DNA from: Candidatus Shapirobacteria bacterium CG2_30_35_20
GTDB taxonomy: Bacteria > Patescibacteriota > Microgenomatia > UBA12405
DNA: 37,692 nt
NCBI GenBank assembly: GCA_001873665.1
Contig: MNZO01000020.1
Location: 1 to 37,692 of the forward strand
Direction of reading: 5' to 3'
Shown: one piece after another, positions 1 to 9,023 of the stretch
Position numbering within the stretch: position 1 is the stretch's first letter
Layout: each line of letters begins with the position of its first letter
Notes under the pieces: generated by a model
Told to the model about the DNA's origin: nothing
The model's input: only the letters and a program-made list of their open reading frames with translations
The model's database searches: none
Position numbers and translations under genes: made by a program

Positions 1-17
1 AAATTAAAAATTATTTT

Positions 18-1103
18 ATGAACATCGGTATTGATGGCAACGAAGCCAATATAAAAACTAGGGTCGGCAGTGGTCAATATTCTTTTCACATTTTGACCCA
101 ATTAAATAAATTAAATAAATTACATCACTTCACTGTTTACCTAAAATCAAAACCACTATCTGACATGCCCAAACGAAATAAACTTTGGCACTACAAAGTT
201 ATTGGACCAAAACTATTATGGACCAAATTTGCCCTTCCCCTATACCTGGCAATATCCAAAAATAATCTCGATTTATTTTATTCACCTACTCACTATTCTC
301 CCACCCCCAGTCCCATCCCCACTATCCCCACTATCCATGACATTGGTTACTTACAAAAACCAGACGAATTCAATAAAAAAGACTTTTACCAATTAAAAAA
401 TTGGACTTATCTTTCAATTAAACAAGCCAAACATATTGTCGCAGTTTCGGAATTTACCAAAAACGAAATTATCAAAGAATACAAAATCAGCCCCCAAAAA
501 ATATCCGTCATCCCCAACGGTATTACCAAATTCAAAAAACACACCAAAACAGAATCAGCCAAAATCATGCACAAATTTAAAATAACTAAACCCTATTTTT
601 TATCGGTTGGCACCCTCAAACCTAACAAAAACTATCCTTTTTTAATCAAAGCCTTTTCTGTTTTTCTCTCGCGCCAACGCGCCAACGCGCTATCGTCCCA
701 GTTAGTCATCTCCGGCAAAAAAGGTTGGTTGTTTGATGAAATTTTAAAAACGGTTGTGGATTTAAAACTGCAAGACTCTGTAATTTTTACCAACTATGTC
801 ACCGAAAAAGAAAGAAATATCTTATTCCAAAATGCCACCGCTACCGTTTTACCCTCACTATACGAAGGTTTTGGCATTCCCGCCATCGAATCCCAATCGT
901 TTGACACCCCAGTTATCGTTAGTGACATCCCCAGCTATCGCGAAATTTTGGGTAACAGTGGCATTTACATCGACCCTAATGACGAAAAATCCTTAATAAA
1001 AGCATTATCTAACATAAAAAATAATCATTCTCAAAACTACAAACGATATTTGTGGACTCAAAGCGCCACCAAACTACTGCACCTATTTGACAACCTAAAA
1101 TGA
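18..1103 (+). CDS. Glycosyltransferase, GT4 family (GT-B fold)
   Basis: 361-aa ORF. The C-terminal half carries the GT4-type motif LPSLYEGFGIPAIESQSFDTPVIVSD and a preceding YFLSVGTLKPNKN element. Confidence 0.85.
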   Translation: MNIGIDGNEANIKTRVGSGQYSFHILTQLNKLNKLHHFTVYLKSKPLSDMPKRNKLWHYKVIGPKLLWTKFALPLYLAISKNNLDLFYSPTHYSPTPSPIPTIPTIHDIGYLQKPDEFNKKDFYQLKNWTYLSIKQAKHIVAVSEFTKNEIIKEYKISPQKISVIPNGITKFKKHTKTESAKIMHKFKITKPYFLSVGTLKPNKNYPFLIKAFSVFLSRQRANALSSQLVISGKKGWLFDEILKTVVDLKLQDSVIFTNYVTEKERNILFQNATATVLPSLYEGFGIPAIESQSFDTPVIVSDIPSYREILGNSGIYIDPNDEKSLIKALSNIKNNHSQNYKRYLWTQSATKLLHLFDNLK

Positions 1104-1109
1104 TATAAT
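1101..1109 (+). promoter_or_regulatory. Extended -10 (TGaTATAAT), 5 nt upstream of ATG 1115
   Basis: Sequence tgatataat overlaps the GT4 stop codon. The spacing implies a leaderless transcript. Confidence 0.4.
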
Positions 1110-1114
1110 ATCTC

Positions 1115-1381
1115 ATGTTACCACCGTCTGTAAAACAAACACTTTGGTCGTACGATACCGATAAAATAGACAAAACAAAAGACAAACGATTAATAATCTC
1201 CCAAGTCTTAAATTTTGGTAGTAAAGATGCTACCGATTGGGCCATAGATAATTATGGCAAGAAAATCATAAAGACAGTCGCTATGTCAATTCCTAAGGGT
1301 CAATGGGGTAAAAAATCTTTAAACTATTGGTCATTAATTTTAGGTTTTGACCAAAACCAAATTAAGCCAAGATTCAATTAA
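1115..1381 (+). CDS. Small conserved protein, putative partner (antitoxin-like) of the downstream AbiEii-type nucleotidyltransferase
   Basis: 88-aa ORF ending 3 nt before the AbiEii-like gene. TGaTATAAT lies 5 nt upstream of its ATG. I do not recognise the family by name. Confidence 0.5.
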   Translation: MLPPSVKQTLWSYDTDKIDKTKDKRLIISQVLNFGSKDATDWAIDNYGKKIIKTVAMSIPKGQWGKKSLNYWSLILGFDQNQIKPRFN

Positions 1382-1384
1382 ACT

Positions 1385-2008
1385 ATGTACTGGGATATTT
1401 TAGACACAAATCGTAAAAATATATTACCTAAATTGGCAAAAATAACCAACGGTTTCTATTTGGCCGGTGGTACCGCCTTAGCTTTACAACTAGGTCATCG
1501 TGACAGTATTGATTTTGATTTTTTTTCACCAAAACAATTTAGTAATACAAAATTATTTCAAAAAATTGAAAATATTTTTATTAACCATAAAATTTTAAAA
1601 ACTCAAGACGAAAAAGACACCCTATCGGTCACCATCGACAATAACATCAAATTTAGTTTTATTACCTATAAATATAAATTAATCAAACCACTAATTAATT
1701 CTAAATATTTTGACATAGCTTCAATCGAAGATATCGGCTGTATGAAGCTGTCAGCTATTGTCAGCCGTTATTTATTAAAGGATTATGTCGATATTTATTG
1801 GATATTGCATCAAATTAGTTTACCCAATTTAATTATATTAAATCAACAAAAACATCAAAATCTCGACACAAACTTGGTACTAAAAAGTCTGGTATATTTT
1901 GACGATATAATTCCAGAACCAATTTTGTACAAAAATAACAAAGAAATTAGTTTTGATGTATTAAAACAATTCTTAACCCAAACTGTTACAAGCTTCTCTC
2001 GTGTATAA
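1385..2008 (+). CDS. Nucleotidyltransferase, AbiEii/AbiGii-like toxin family
   Basis: 207-aa ORF. The N-terminal FYLAGGTALALQLGHRDSIDFDFF motif is typical of the minimal nucleotidyltransferase fold of AbiEii-like proteins. It is paired with a small upstream ORF. Confidence 0.6.
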   Translation: MYWDILDTNRKNILPKLAKITNGFYLAGGTALALQLGHRDSIDFDFFSPKQFSNTKLFQKIENIFINHKILKTQDEKDTLSVTIDNNIKFSFITYKYKLIKPLINSKYFDIASIEDIGCMKLSAIVSRYLLKDYVDIYWILHQISLPNLIILNQQKHQNLDTNLVLKSLVYFDDIIPEPILYKNNKEISFDVLKQFLTQTVTSFSRV

Positions 2009-2015
2009 TTCTCCT

Positions 2016-2609
2016 ATGAATGAACACGTCGGCCAAAAAATTTCAATTCAAAACATTATTCCCAAATCACTTAATCGTCTTCAAACTATTTTTCTTGAAT
2101 TGGAACTATTGTTTTTAAAATACGTCGGTTTTATCCCCATTCATGCCGTTCGCAAATTTTTCTATATTTTATCTGGTCTAAATATGCCCCTAGACTCCAA
2201 CATTTATATGGGGGCTAATTTTTTTAACCCCTCTGGTATCACCATCGGCCACGACTCACTAATTGGCACCAATGCCTTTCTTGACGGACGCTCACCTCTC
2301 ACCATTGGTAACCATTCTAGCTTGGCATCCGAAGTTATGATTTACAACGACGAGCACAACATCCACGACCCAAACTATTCCAATTCTTTTGGACCAGTTA
2401 CCATTGGCGATTATGTCTTTGTTGGGCCACGTGCCATAATTTTGCCCAATATTAAAATAGGAGATGGGGCCGTCATTGCCGCCGGGGCTATAGTTACCAA
2501 AAATATCCCACCCTTTGAAGTTTGGGGTGGTGTTCCTGCCCAAAAAATATCTGATCGCAAACTAAAAAATCCCCATTACAAACTAGGTCGAGCCATGTGG
2601 TTTCAATGA
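2016..2609 (+). CDS. Hexapeptide-repeat (left-handed beta-helix) O-acetyl/acyltransferase
   Basis: Hexapeptide repeats IGDYVFVGPRAIILPNIKIGDGAVIAAGAIVTKNIPPFEVWGGVPAQKI, plus an N-terminal hydrophobic segment. I prefer ATG 2016 over the track's GTG 2001 because TATAAT sits 6 nt upstream. Confidence 0.8.
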   Translation: MNEHVGQKISIQNIIPKSLNRLQTIFLELELLFLKYVGFIPIHAVRKFFYILSGLNMPLDSNIYMGANFFNPSGITIGHDSLIGTNAFLDGRSPLTIGNHSSLASEVMIYNDEHNIHDPNYSNSFGPVTIGDYVFVGPRAIILPNIKIGDGAVIAAGAIVTKNIPPFEVWGGVPAQKISDRKLKNPHYKLGRAMWFQ

Positions 2610-3151
2610 TCAAACGACTATCTATCACTATTTTAGTTTTGTTTAACATATTTTTTGTAATTTATCTGGTCACCCCCACACCCTCACTCAAACTTTTACC
2701 TAACAGTGTCTTGTCAACTTTGCCAGGTGATACCACCCAATTAAAAAACGTTACCGGTTACTACACCAACCTTTCACGAACCGAAGTTATCAACTTTTAC
2801 CTATCTTTTTATCAAAGTCCTTTTTTAATTCGTCTAAATCATCCTCCTGAAAAGTCCAAAGAAATTTTTCGCGACACTATGCAAAGTTATTATTTGGAAG
2901 AATTTATAATTCCTTTCAAAGAATCACTATTTATCAATGGCTATGAATGGGAAAAAGATGTCTTTACTAAACCAGAAAAAAGAATTCAAAACAAATTAAT
3001 CTATAACAATATTACCTATCGCAGTAAGATTAATACCAAAATAATTTCTACCTCAACTTATACTCGCCTCTCAATATTTTTTATAATCCAATTAGGTGTT
3101 TATTTAATTTTCCTCTGCTACCGACGATTTTTTTCCCAAAATGCCAAATAA
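2606..3151 (+). CDS. Hypothetical membrane protein
   Basis: Hydrophobic N-terminal and C-terminal segments. ATG 2606 overlaps the upstream TGA (ATGA); the track starts at GTG 2597. No family recognised. Confidence 0.5.
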   Translation: MIKRLSITILVLFNIFFVIYLVTPTPSLKLLPNSVLSTLPGDTTQLKNVTGYYTNLSRTEVINFYLSFYQSPFLIRLNHPPEKSKEIFRDTMQSYYLEEFIIPFKESLFINGYEWEKDVFTKPEKRIQNKLIYNNITYRSKINTKIISTSTYTRLSIFFIIQLGVYLIFLCYRRFFSQNAK

Positions 3152-4049
3152 TCCATTGTTATCCATTATTGTTGTTTCTTTTAATACCGCCGATATTACC
3201 ATAAGTTGCATAAAATCTATCTATCAGGACAAAGGTCTAAAAGACATCCCTTTTGAAATAATTGTTATTGACAACGCCTCCACCGACGATAGCATTTTGA
3301 AAATTAATAAATTTATCCATTCATTAAAAATTGAAAATTGTAAATTGAAAATTAATTCCTCAAATCTCGGTTTTGCCAAAGCCAACAATCAAGGTCTAAA
3401 AATCGCTCGGGGTCAATATATTTTATTATTAAACTCCGATACTATTATATTACACTCTGCTATTTCTCAATCTTTAAATTGGCTATCCAGCCACCCCGAA
3501 GCTCACTGTTGCACCGCTCAATTATTAAACAAAAATAAAACCATTCAAGCCTCCGGCGGATTTTTCCCGACGTTATCAAATATTTTCACTTGGTGTCTGG
3601 GTCTTGACGATTTGCCCTTTACTAATTTTTTTATCCGCCCCTTTCACCCCCACACTCCTAAGTTTTACACCAAGGACAATTTTTACACCAAGGATCATCC
3701 TCAAGACTGGGTCACTGGCGCCTTCATGCTATTCCGCAAATCAGTTTATGACAAAATTGGTGGATTTGACAAAAATTGGTTCATGTATGGCGAAGAATAT
3801 GAATATCAATATCGCCTGCATTTGGCTTTTCCTCAAACCCAATGTTGGTATCTAATCGGACCCCAAATTATCCATCTTGGTGGTGCTTCATCTGTCACCA
3901 AAACTGATCCCATTACCCGTGAATATGAAGGCGTTATTGCTTTTTTTACTAAACATAAACCAAAATATCAATTACCCATCATCAAAATTTTACTAAAATT
4001 AAATAGTTCTTTACGCAGTATTATTAATCCAATCTATGAACATCTTTAG
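3141..4049 (+). CDS. Glycosyltransferase, GT2 family
   Basis: LSIIVVSFNTADIT, VIDNASTDDS, NLGFAKANNQG and LLLNSDT (DxD-like) motifs. Confidence 0.85.
   Translation: MPNNPLLSIIVVSFNTADITISCIKSIYQDKGLKDIPFEIIVIDNASTDDSILKINKFIHSLKIENCKLKINSSNLGFAKANNQGLKIARGQYILLLNSDTIILHSAISQSLNWLSSHPEAHCCTAQLLNKNKTIQASGGFFPTLSNIFTWCLGLDDLPFTNFFIRPFHPHTPKFYTKDNFYTKDHPQDWVTGAFMLFRKSVYDKIGGFDKNWFMYGEEYEYQYRLHLAFPQTQCWYLIGPQIIHLGGASSVTKTDPITREYEGVIAFFTKHKPKYQLPIIKILLKLNSSLRSIINPIYEHL
3327..3353 (+). repeat. Family A AT-rich dispersed repeat, in-frame copy inside the GT2 CDS
   Basis: Contains the exact 19-mer aaattgtaaattgaaaatt (3335-3353). It is translated as KIENCKLKI. Confidence 0.8.
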
Positions 4050-5433
4050 AATAATCCTTGCCACCTTAATTTTATTTATTCCTCTATATCCAAAATTTCC
4101 CTTAGCCAATTTTTCTGGAATTTATGTTGCTCTTCGTCTCGACGATATCATTATTGCTATCGTCATCTTAATTTGGGTCTTCGCCCAAATCAAAAACAAA
4201 TTCCCCATTCTTAAACAAAAAATTACTTATTTATTTTTGGCCTATTTTGTCGCCATATCAATTTCAACTCTCATCGCCGTTTTTATTTATCAAACCACTT
4301 CACCCCATATTCTCCTGCTCCATCTCTTCCGACGTTTCGAATATTTGTCATTATTTTTTATCACTCTCGGGGCACTCCCCACCAAAAAGGATTTTTCCTT
4401 CTCTTATTATTTTTTACTTCTCAGTCTCCTTGGGATTACCCTCTATGGTTATGGTCAACGCCACTACAACCTCCCCATAATTTCCACCATGAACGAGGAA
4501 TTTTCTCGTGGCCAATTACTCCAAACGAGTATTTGGACTCGAGTCAGCTCAACTTTTGCTGGGCATTACGATTTGGCCGCCTATCTTAGTTTAGTTTTAA
4601 TTATCATCTTTTCACTCATCCCCATTATAAAAAATAAAATCCTAAAAACCGTTTCTCTGATTTTATTTTTGGTTAGTTTTAATTTATTGACCCAAACCGC
4701 CTCTCGGATTTCCATTTTCGCTTTTTGGGGAGGTTGTTTTGTCGCCCTCTTTTTAATCAAAAAATACCTCTGGATTATTCCTATTTCACTTCTAGTTGTC
4801 TATTCAATGTTCAATTCAATTGATTTAAATCAACGGCTCCTCGCCACCCTCAACATTCTCAAACCAAAACCAACTCCTACCATTATCATCTCAACCAAAC
4901 CAACAACACCTCAACCTACCGCCATAATTATCAAAATAAAACCAACACTCACCAAATATGTTGTCGTCCCCACCCCCTTTCCCACCATTATTCGTCATGG
5001 ACCAATTGACGAATTTATTCCCATTGATACCGACATTGGAGTCGCTCGATCAGGAGAAATTCGCTTTAATGTGGAATGGCCCCGCGCCATCAATGCTTTC
5101 CAAAAAAATATTTTGTTTGGCACTGGTTTAGGGTCAATTTCTCTGGCCACTGATAATGATTTTCTCCGACTTTTGGGTGAAAGTGGCATCTTCGGTTTCA
5201 TCACCTTTTTATTTATTCCATTTTATTTTCTCCTCAAAACCATCAAATATTTTTGGCAAAAAAAACCAGATTTTTACATTCAACTTCAATTGATTTTTAT
5301 CGGAGTTATTGTTTCAGCTTTTGCCAACGCTATTTTTATTGATATTTTTGAAGCTTCAAAAGTAGCCTATACTTTTTGGATTATAATGGCTATTTTTTAC
5401 CGACTTATTGAACTAAATTCAAACAAGAAATGA
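4036..5433 (+). CDS. O-antigen ligase / Wzy-like polytopic membrane protein
   Basis: 465-aa protein with many TM segments and a large Pro/Thr-rich loop, in a glycan-locus context. The TQTASRISIFAFWGG segment resembles the Wzy_C-type region. Confidence 0.55.
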   Translation: MNIFRIILATLILFIPLYPKFPLANFSGIYVALRLDDIIIAIVILIWVFAQIKNKFPILKQKITYLFLAYFVAISISTLIAVFIYQTTSPHILLLHLFRRFEYLSLFFITLGALPTKKDFSFSYYFLLLSLLGITLYGYGQRHYNLPIISTMNEEFSRGQLLQTSIWTRVSSTFAGHYDLAAYLSLVLIIIFSLIPIIKNKILKTVSLILFLVSFNLLTQTASRISIFAFWGGCFVALFLIKKYLWIIPISLLVVYSMFNSIDLNQRLLATLNILKPKPTPTIIISTKPTTPQPTAIIIKIKPTLTKYVVVPTPFPTIIRHGPIDEFIPIDTDIGVARSGEIRFNVEWPRAINAFQKNILFGTGLGSISLATDNDFLRLLGESGIFGFITFLFIPFYFLLKTIKYFWQKKPDFYIQLQLIFIGVIVSAFANAIFIDIFEASKVAYTFWIIMAIFYRLIELNSNKK

Positions 5434-6896
5434 ATAAAACAAAAATATTTATAATCATTCTCGCTCTATTTATTGGATTATTACTTCGATTATACAAAAT
5501 CTATTCACCTATTGCCGACTGGCACTCCTTCCGTCAAGCTGACACCGTTTCCGTTACCAAAATATATTCCCAAAATGGTTTTGATTTTCTCCACCCAAAA
5601 TATTTTGACGTCTCCTCTACCCAATCTGGTATCAACAATCCCCAAGGTTTTCGCCTGGTCGAAGCACCAATCTACAACACAGTCTCCCTAGTATTTCATA
5701 ATATTTTTCATCAAAATGTCAAAGTATCTTCTCGCCTTGTTTCTATTTTATTTTCTTTGGGTAGTGGATTTATAATTTTTCTTTTTGTTCTTAAAACAAC
5801 CAATCTTTTCTTGCCCTCACTTTTTAGTCTCCTCCTTTTTATGGTTTTACCCTTTAATATCTATTATTCACGCACTACTCTGCCCGAACCAACCGCCGTT
5901 TTTTTTATGATGCTTTCACTTTATTTATTTACCAAAAATATCTATATTTCTGCCCTCTCCCTCGCCTTGTCAATACTAGTCAAACCCTACACCGCCATTA
6001 TCATCTTTCCCACCTTGTTAACTTTAATTTTTATATACAAATCCAATTTAATTTTTAACAAAAATTTATATAAAATATTTATTTTTGCCATTTTAAGTCT
6101 TTTGCCATTTATTTTGTGGCGTTTGTGGATTTCTCAGTTCCCAGAGGGTATCCCCGTCAGCAACTGGCTTTTAAATAATGGCACCACCACCACTTTTCCC
6201 AGCTGGTTTCATGGTTACAACCTCAGTTTTCTCAACAAATTAATTGCCCTCCGCCCCCATTGGTGGTATTGGCTATTCCAAGACCGTCTTGGCAATTTAA
6301 TATTGGGAGTTTATGGCGTTATTCCTTTATTTTTGGGACTAGCCTATCGACGTAAACATTCACAAGCAATTACTATTAGCCTAACCGTCGGCATTTTTTT
6401 ATATTTTCTAATTATAGCCCAAGGCAACATTCAACACGACTATTATCAAATATTAATTATTCCCTCACTCTCAATTCTTTGTGGTTTGGGCTACTTTTAT
6501 ATTTATGAAATAATTTTCAAAAACTATTTTCTCAAAATTTTCTCGATTTTCTTCATCTTTACTCTGTCAACTTTTCTATCATATCAAAGAGTAGTTGAAT
6601 ATTACAAAATCAATAACCCCCAAATCATCACCGCGGGCAACAAAGTCAACGAAATTACCCCCAAAAACTCAATAATTATTGCCCCTTACAATGGTGACAC
6701 TGCTTTTCTTTACCAAACCAATCGTTCTGGTTTTCCTATCGAAATTTATGATTTTGAATCAATTAAAAAAGAATTTCCTGCACGACCGATTTACTTTACC
6801 TCAGTAAATTATGACGACTACACCAATAAAATTATCAAACAATTCCCCACCATCTATCGCGACAGCCAATTTATTATTTTAGAAATATCAAAATGA
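5430..6896 (+). CDS. GT39/ArnT-like (GT-C fold) membrane glycosyltransferase
   Basis: 488-aa polytopic protein. The N-terminal loop DWHSFRQADTVSVTKIY resembles the first periplasmic loop of ArnT/PMT-like enzymes. ATGA overlap with the upstream gene. Confidence 0.6.
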   Translation: MNKTKIFIIILALFIGLLLRLYKIYSPIADWHSFRQADTVSVTKIYSQNGFDFLHPKYFDVSSTQSGINNPQGFRLVEAPIYNTVSLVFHNIFHQNVKVSSRLVSILFSLGSGFIIFLFVLKTTNLFLPSLFSLLLFMVLPFNIYYSRTTLPEPTAVFFMMLSLYLFTKNIYISALSLALSILVKPYTAIIIFPTLLTLIFIYKSNLIFNKNLYKIFIFAILSLLPFILWRLWISQFPEGIPVSNWLLNNGTTTTFPSWFHGYNLSFLNKLIALRPHWWYWLFQDRLGNLILGVYGVIPLFLGLAYRRKHSQAITISLTVGIFLYFLIIAQGNIQHDYYQILIIPSLSILCGLGYFYIYEIIFKNYFLKIFSIFFIFTLSTFLSYQRVVEYYKINNPQIITAGNKVNEITPKNSIIIAPYNGDTAFLYQTNRSGFPIEIYDFESIKKEFPARPIYFTSVNYDDYTNKIIKQFPTIYRDSQFIILEISK

Positions 6897-8101
6897 CCAA
6901 AAGAAATATTTTAATGGTCACCCCCTATATTCCCAGATTAGAACAATCGGGCGGTCAGCGTCATTCGTTTTTTACCCTAAAATATTTATCCAAAACCAAC
7001 AATGTTACCTTAATTTGTTATAGCCGCAACGAGGATGGGCTACAAGAAGTAAAACAATATTGTCAAAAAGTAATTATTGTCAAAAGATCCACCACCTGGA
7101 GTCTGTCAAACATTTTGTCAACTGGATTTGGAATCTATCCATTTTTACTGGTAAATTACATTAACAAAGAATTTCGTCACGCCATTGAGACAGAAATAAA
7201 AAATGGCAAGTTTGACATCATCCATTGTGATTGTCTCTATCCTATGGCTAATATTCCCAAGACTAATATTCCGACGATTCTGGTTGATGTCACTATCGAG
7301 TATGCCATTTATCAGCATTTTGCCGATTCTCTTACTAGCTGGCAAAAAATTTTACGACCACTACTCATGGTTGATGTCCTCAAACTCAAATATTGGGAAA
7401 CCAAATATTGGCGTGAAACTGATACCGTTATTATGTTTAGCCACGAAGACCAAGAATTTGTTGCCAAAGTTACCGGACGCAAGGACATTCAAATTTTTGA
7501 AGATGCGGTTGACCCAGAATATTTTAATTTACCTAGAAAAACAGAAAAATCAAAACACCCTACCGTCCTCTTCGGTTGCTCCAACATGAAGTGGATGCAA
7601 AATCGCGAGTCAGTTGATCTAATATTAAGAGACTATTGGCCACAAATTAAAAAACGGTATCCCACTTCTCAATTACTTATAATTGGACGCAATGCTCCCG
7701 AAATTTTTGGCAAATACAATTCTGATAGTATCATCGTCGCCGAAGCCGACACCAACGGACCTCACAATCCTCAATACTATTACGAATACAGTTGGATATT
7801 ACTTGCTCCTATGGGTAGCGGAGGAGGAACTCGCAATAAATTTTTAGAAGGTATGACCTTTGGTCTACCAGTTATCACCAACCCCGAAGGGGGGATGGGC
7901 AATATAAAAATTAAAAATTATCATCATGCCATTGTCTGTCCTAAAAAAGAAATTTTAAAAAATATATACAAATTGTTTGACAACCCAAAATATCGACAAT
8001 CAATGGGACAAACCGCCAGTGAATTAATAAAAAACAATTATTCTTTTGATCAAAGTGTCAAAAAACTCAATCAAATCTATGACCAAAGCATCAAAAAATA
8101 A
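6893..8101 (+). CDS. Glycosyltransferase, GT4 family
   Basis: C-terminal GSGGGTRNKFLEGMTFGLPVITN motif and GT-B length. ATGA overlap with the upstream gene. Confidence 0.75.
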   Translation: MTKRNILMVTPYIPRLEQSGGQRHSFFTLKYLSKTNNVTLICYSRNEDGLQEVKQYCQKVIIVKRSTTWSLSNILSTGFGIYPFLLVNYINKEFRHAIETEIKNGKFDIIHCDCLYPMANIPKTNIPTILVDVTIEYAIYQHFADSLTSWQKILRPLLMVDVLKLKYWETKYWRETDTVIMFSHEDQEFVAKVTGRKDIQIFEDAVDPEYFNLPRKTEKSKHPTVLFGCSNMKWMQNRESVDLILRDYWPQIKKRYPTSQLLIIGRNAPEIFGKYNSDSIIVAEADTNGPHNPQYYYEYSWILLAPMGSGGGTRNKFLEGMTFGLPVITNPEGGMGNIKIKNYHHAIVCPKKEILKNIYKLFDNPKYRQSMGQTASELIKNNYSFDQSVKKLNQIYDQSIKK

Positions 8102-9023
8102 TCCCATATTATCGATTGTAATTTTATACTACAATTCTCAAGATTATTTAGAGAAATGTCTCGACAGCCTAGCTAAATCAAAATTAAATAAATACACCAT
8201 TGAAACTATTATCGTCAACAATGGCACCACTGATGGTATTGCCAAACTGGCTGAAAATAAATTTAAAACTAACCCAATTATTAATTCTCACTTCATCTAC
8301 TCACCTACCAATTTAGGTTTTGCCAGTGGTAATAATTTTGGAGTTAAACATATTAATCCCTATTCAAAATATGTTTTATTTGTCAACGACGATATGATTT
8401 TTTTCCCCGATACAATAACTAAAATGATTAATTTTTTTGAAAAAAACATACAAGTCGATGCTTCAACTTGTCATGTTACTCTAGCCAATTCCGGTAAACT
8501 CGCTCCCGAAACCCACCGCGGTTTCCCCACTCCATGGAATACTTTTTGGCACTTTTTCGGTTTAGGTATTCCCAAATTATTTCCCAAATCTAAACTATTA
8601 CACGGATATTTGAGTGATTACAAAGAATATACCACCACTCAAAAAATTGATTGCTGTCAAGGTTGTTTTTTGATGTTAAAGAAAACAGTCGGAGAAAAAA
8701 TTGGCTGGTGGAACGAAAAGTATTTTTTCCTAGGTGAAGACTTAGACCTCTGTTATAAATTAAAACAAAATAACTTTTCTCTTTATTTTTATCCCAAACC
8801 CAAAATTATTCATTTCCATGGAATATCTTCTGGTCTTAAAAAGACTAAATCAAATGCTAATCGTCAAACAAAAATTCATTCAGCCAAAGCATCAACTTCA
8901 GCCATGAAAATTTTTTATCAAGAAAATTTAATGCCAGACTATCCCAAACTTCTCCATCCTATCATTTATTTAGGCATCAAATTTTTAGATGTCTACCGCA
9001 TCTTTAAGGCAAAATATTTATGA
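8079..9023 (+). CDS. Glycosyltransferase, GT2 family
   Basis: LSIVILYYNSQDYLEKCLDSL, IVNNGTTDG, NLGFASGNNFG and FVNDDM motifs. I prefer ATG 8079 over the track's TTG 8046. Confidence 0.85.
   Translation: MTKASKNNPILSIVILYYNSQDYLEKCLDSLAKSKLNKYTIETIIVNNGTTDGIAKLAENKFKTNPIINSHFIYSPTNLGFASGNNFGVKHINPYSKYVLFVNDDMIFFPDTITKMINFFEKNIQVDASTCHVTLANSGKLAPETHRGFPTPWNTFWHFFGLGIPKLFPKSKLLHGYLSDYKEYTTTQKIDCCQGCFLMLKKTVGEKIGWWNEKYFFLGEDLDLCYKLKQNNFSLYFYPKPKIIHFHGISSGLKKTKSNANRQTKIHSAKASTSAMKIFYQENLMPDYPKLLHPIIYLGIKFLDVYRIFKAKYL

Noticed and set aside
669-690. A GC-rich tandem octamer (gccaacgc x2 within tcgcgccaacgcgccaacgcgc) inside the first GT4 gene, encoding SRQRANALS.
   Set aside because: It stands out compositionally and might be a small in-frame insertion. 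It is a single occurrence with no other copy in the window, so I cannot distinguish it from ordinary sequence.
1101-6896. Possible alternative genetic code (TGA recoding, as in some CPR lineages).
   Set aside because: TGA closes several ORFs at the expected protein ends and participates in ATGA coupling (1101-1103, 5431-5433, 6894-6896). Conserved proteins are full length under code 11.
7203-7589. A 128-aa plus-strand ORF in an alternative frame of the GT4 gene. The track also lists other 60-85 aa alternative-frame ORFs.
   Set aside because: They are nested in alternative frames of genes with clear family motifs. Their translations are low-complexity (Ser/Leu/Pro/Ile-rich) and they have no independent start context.
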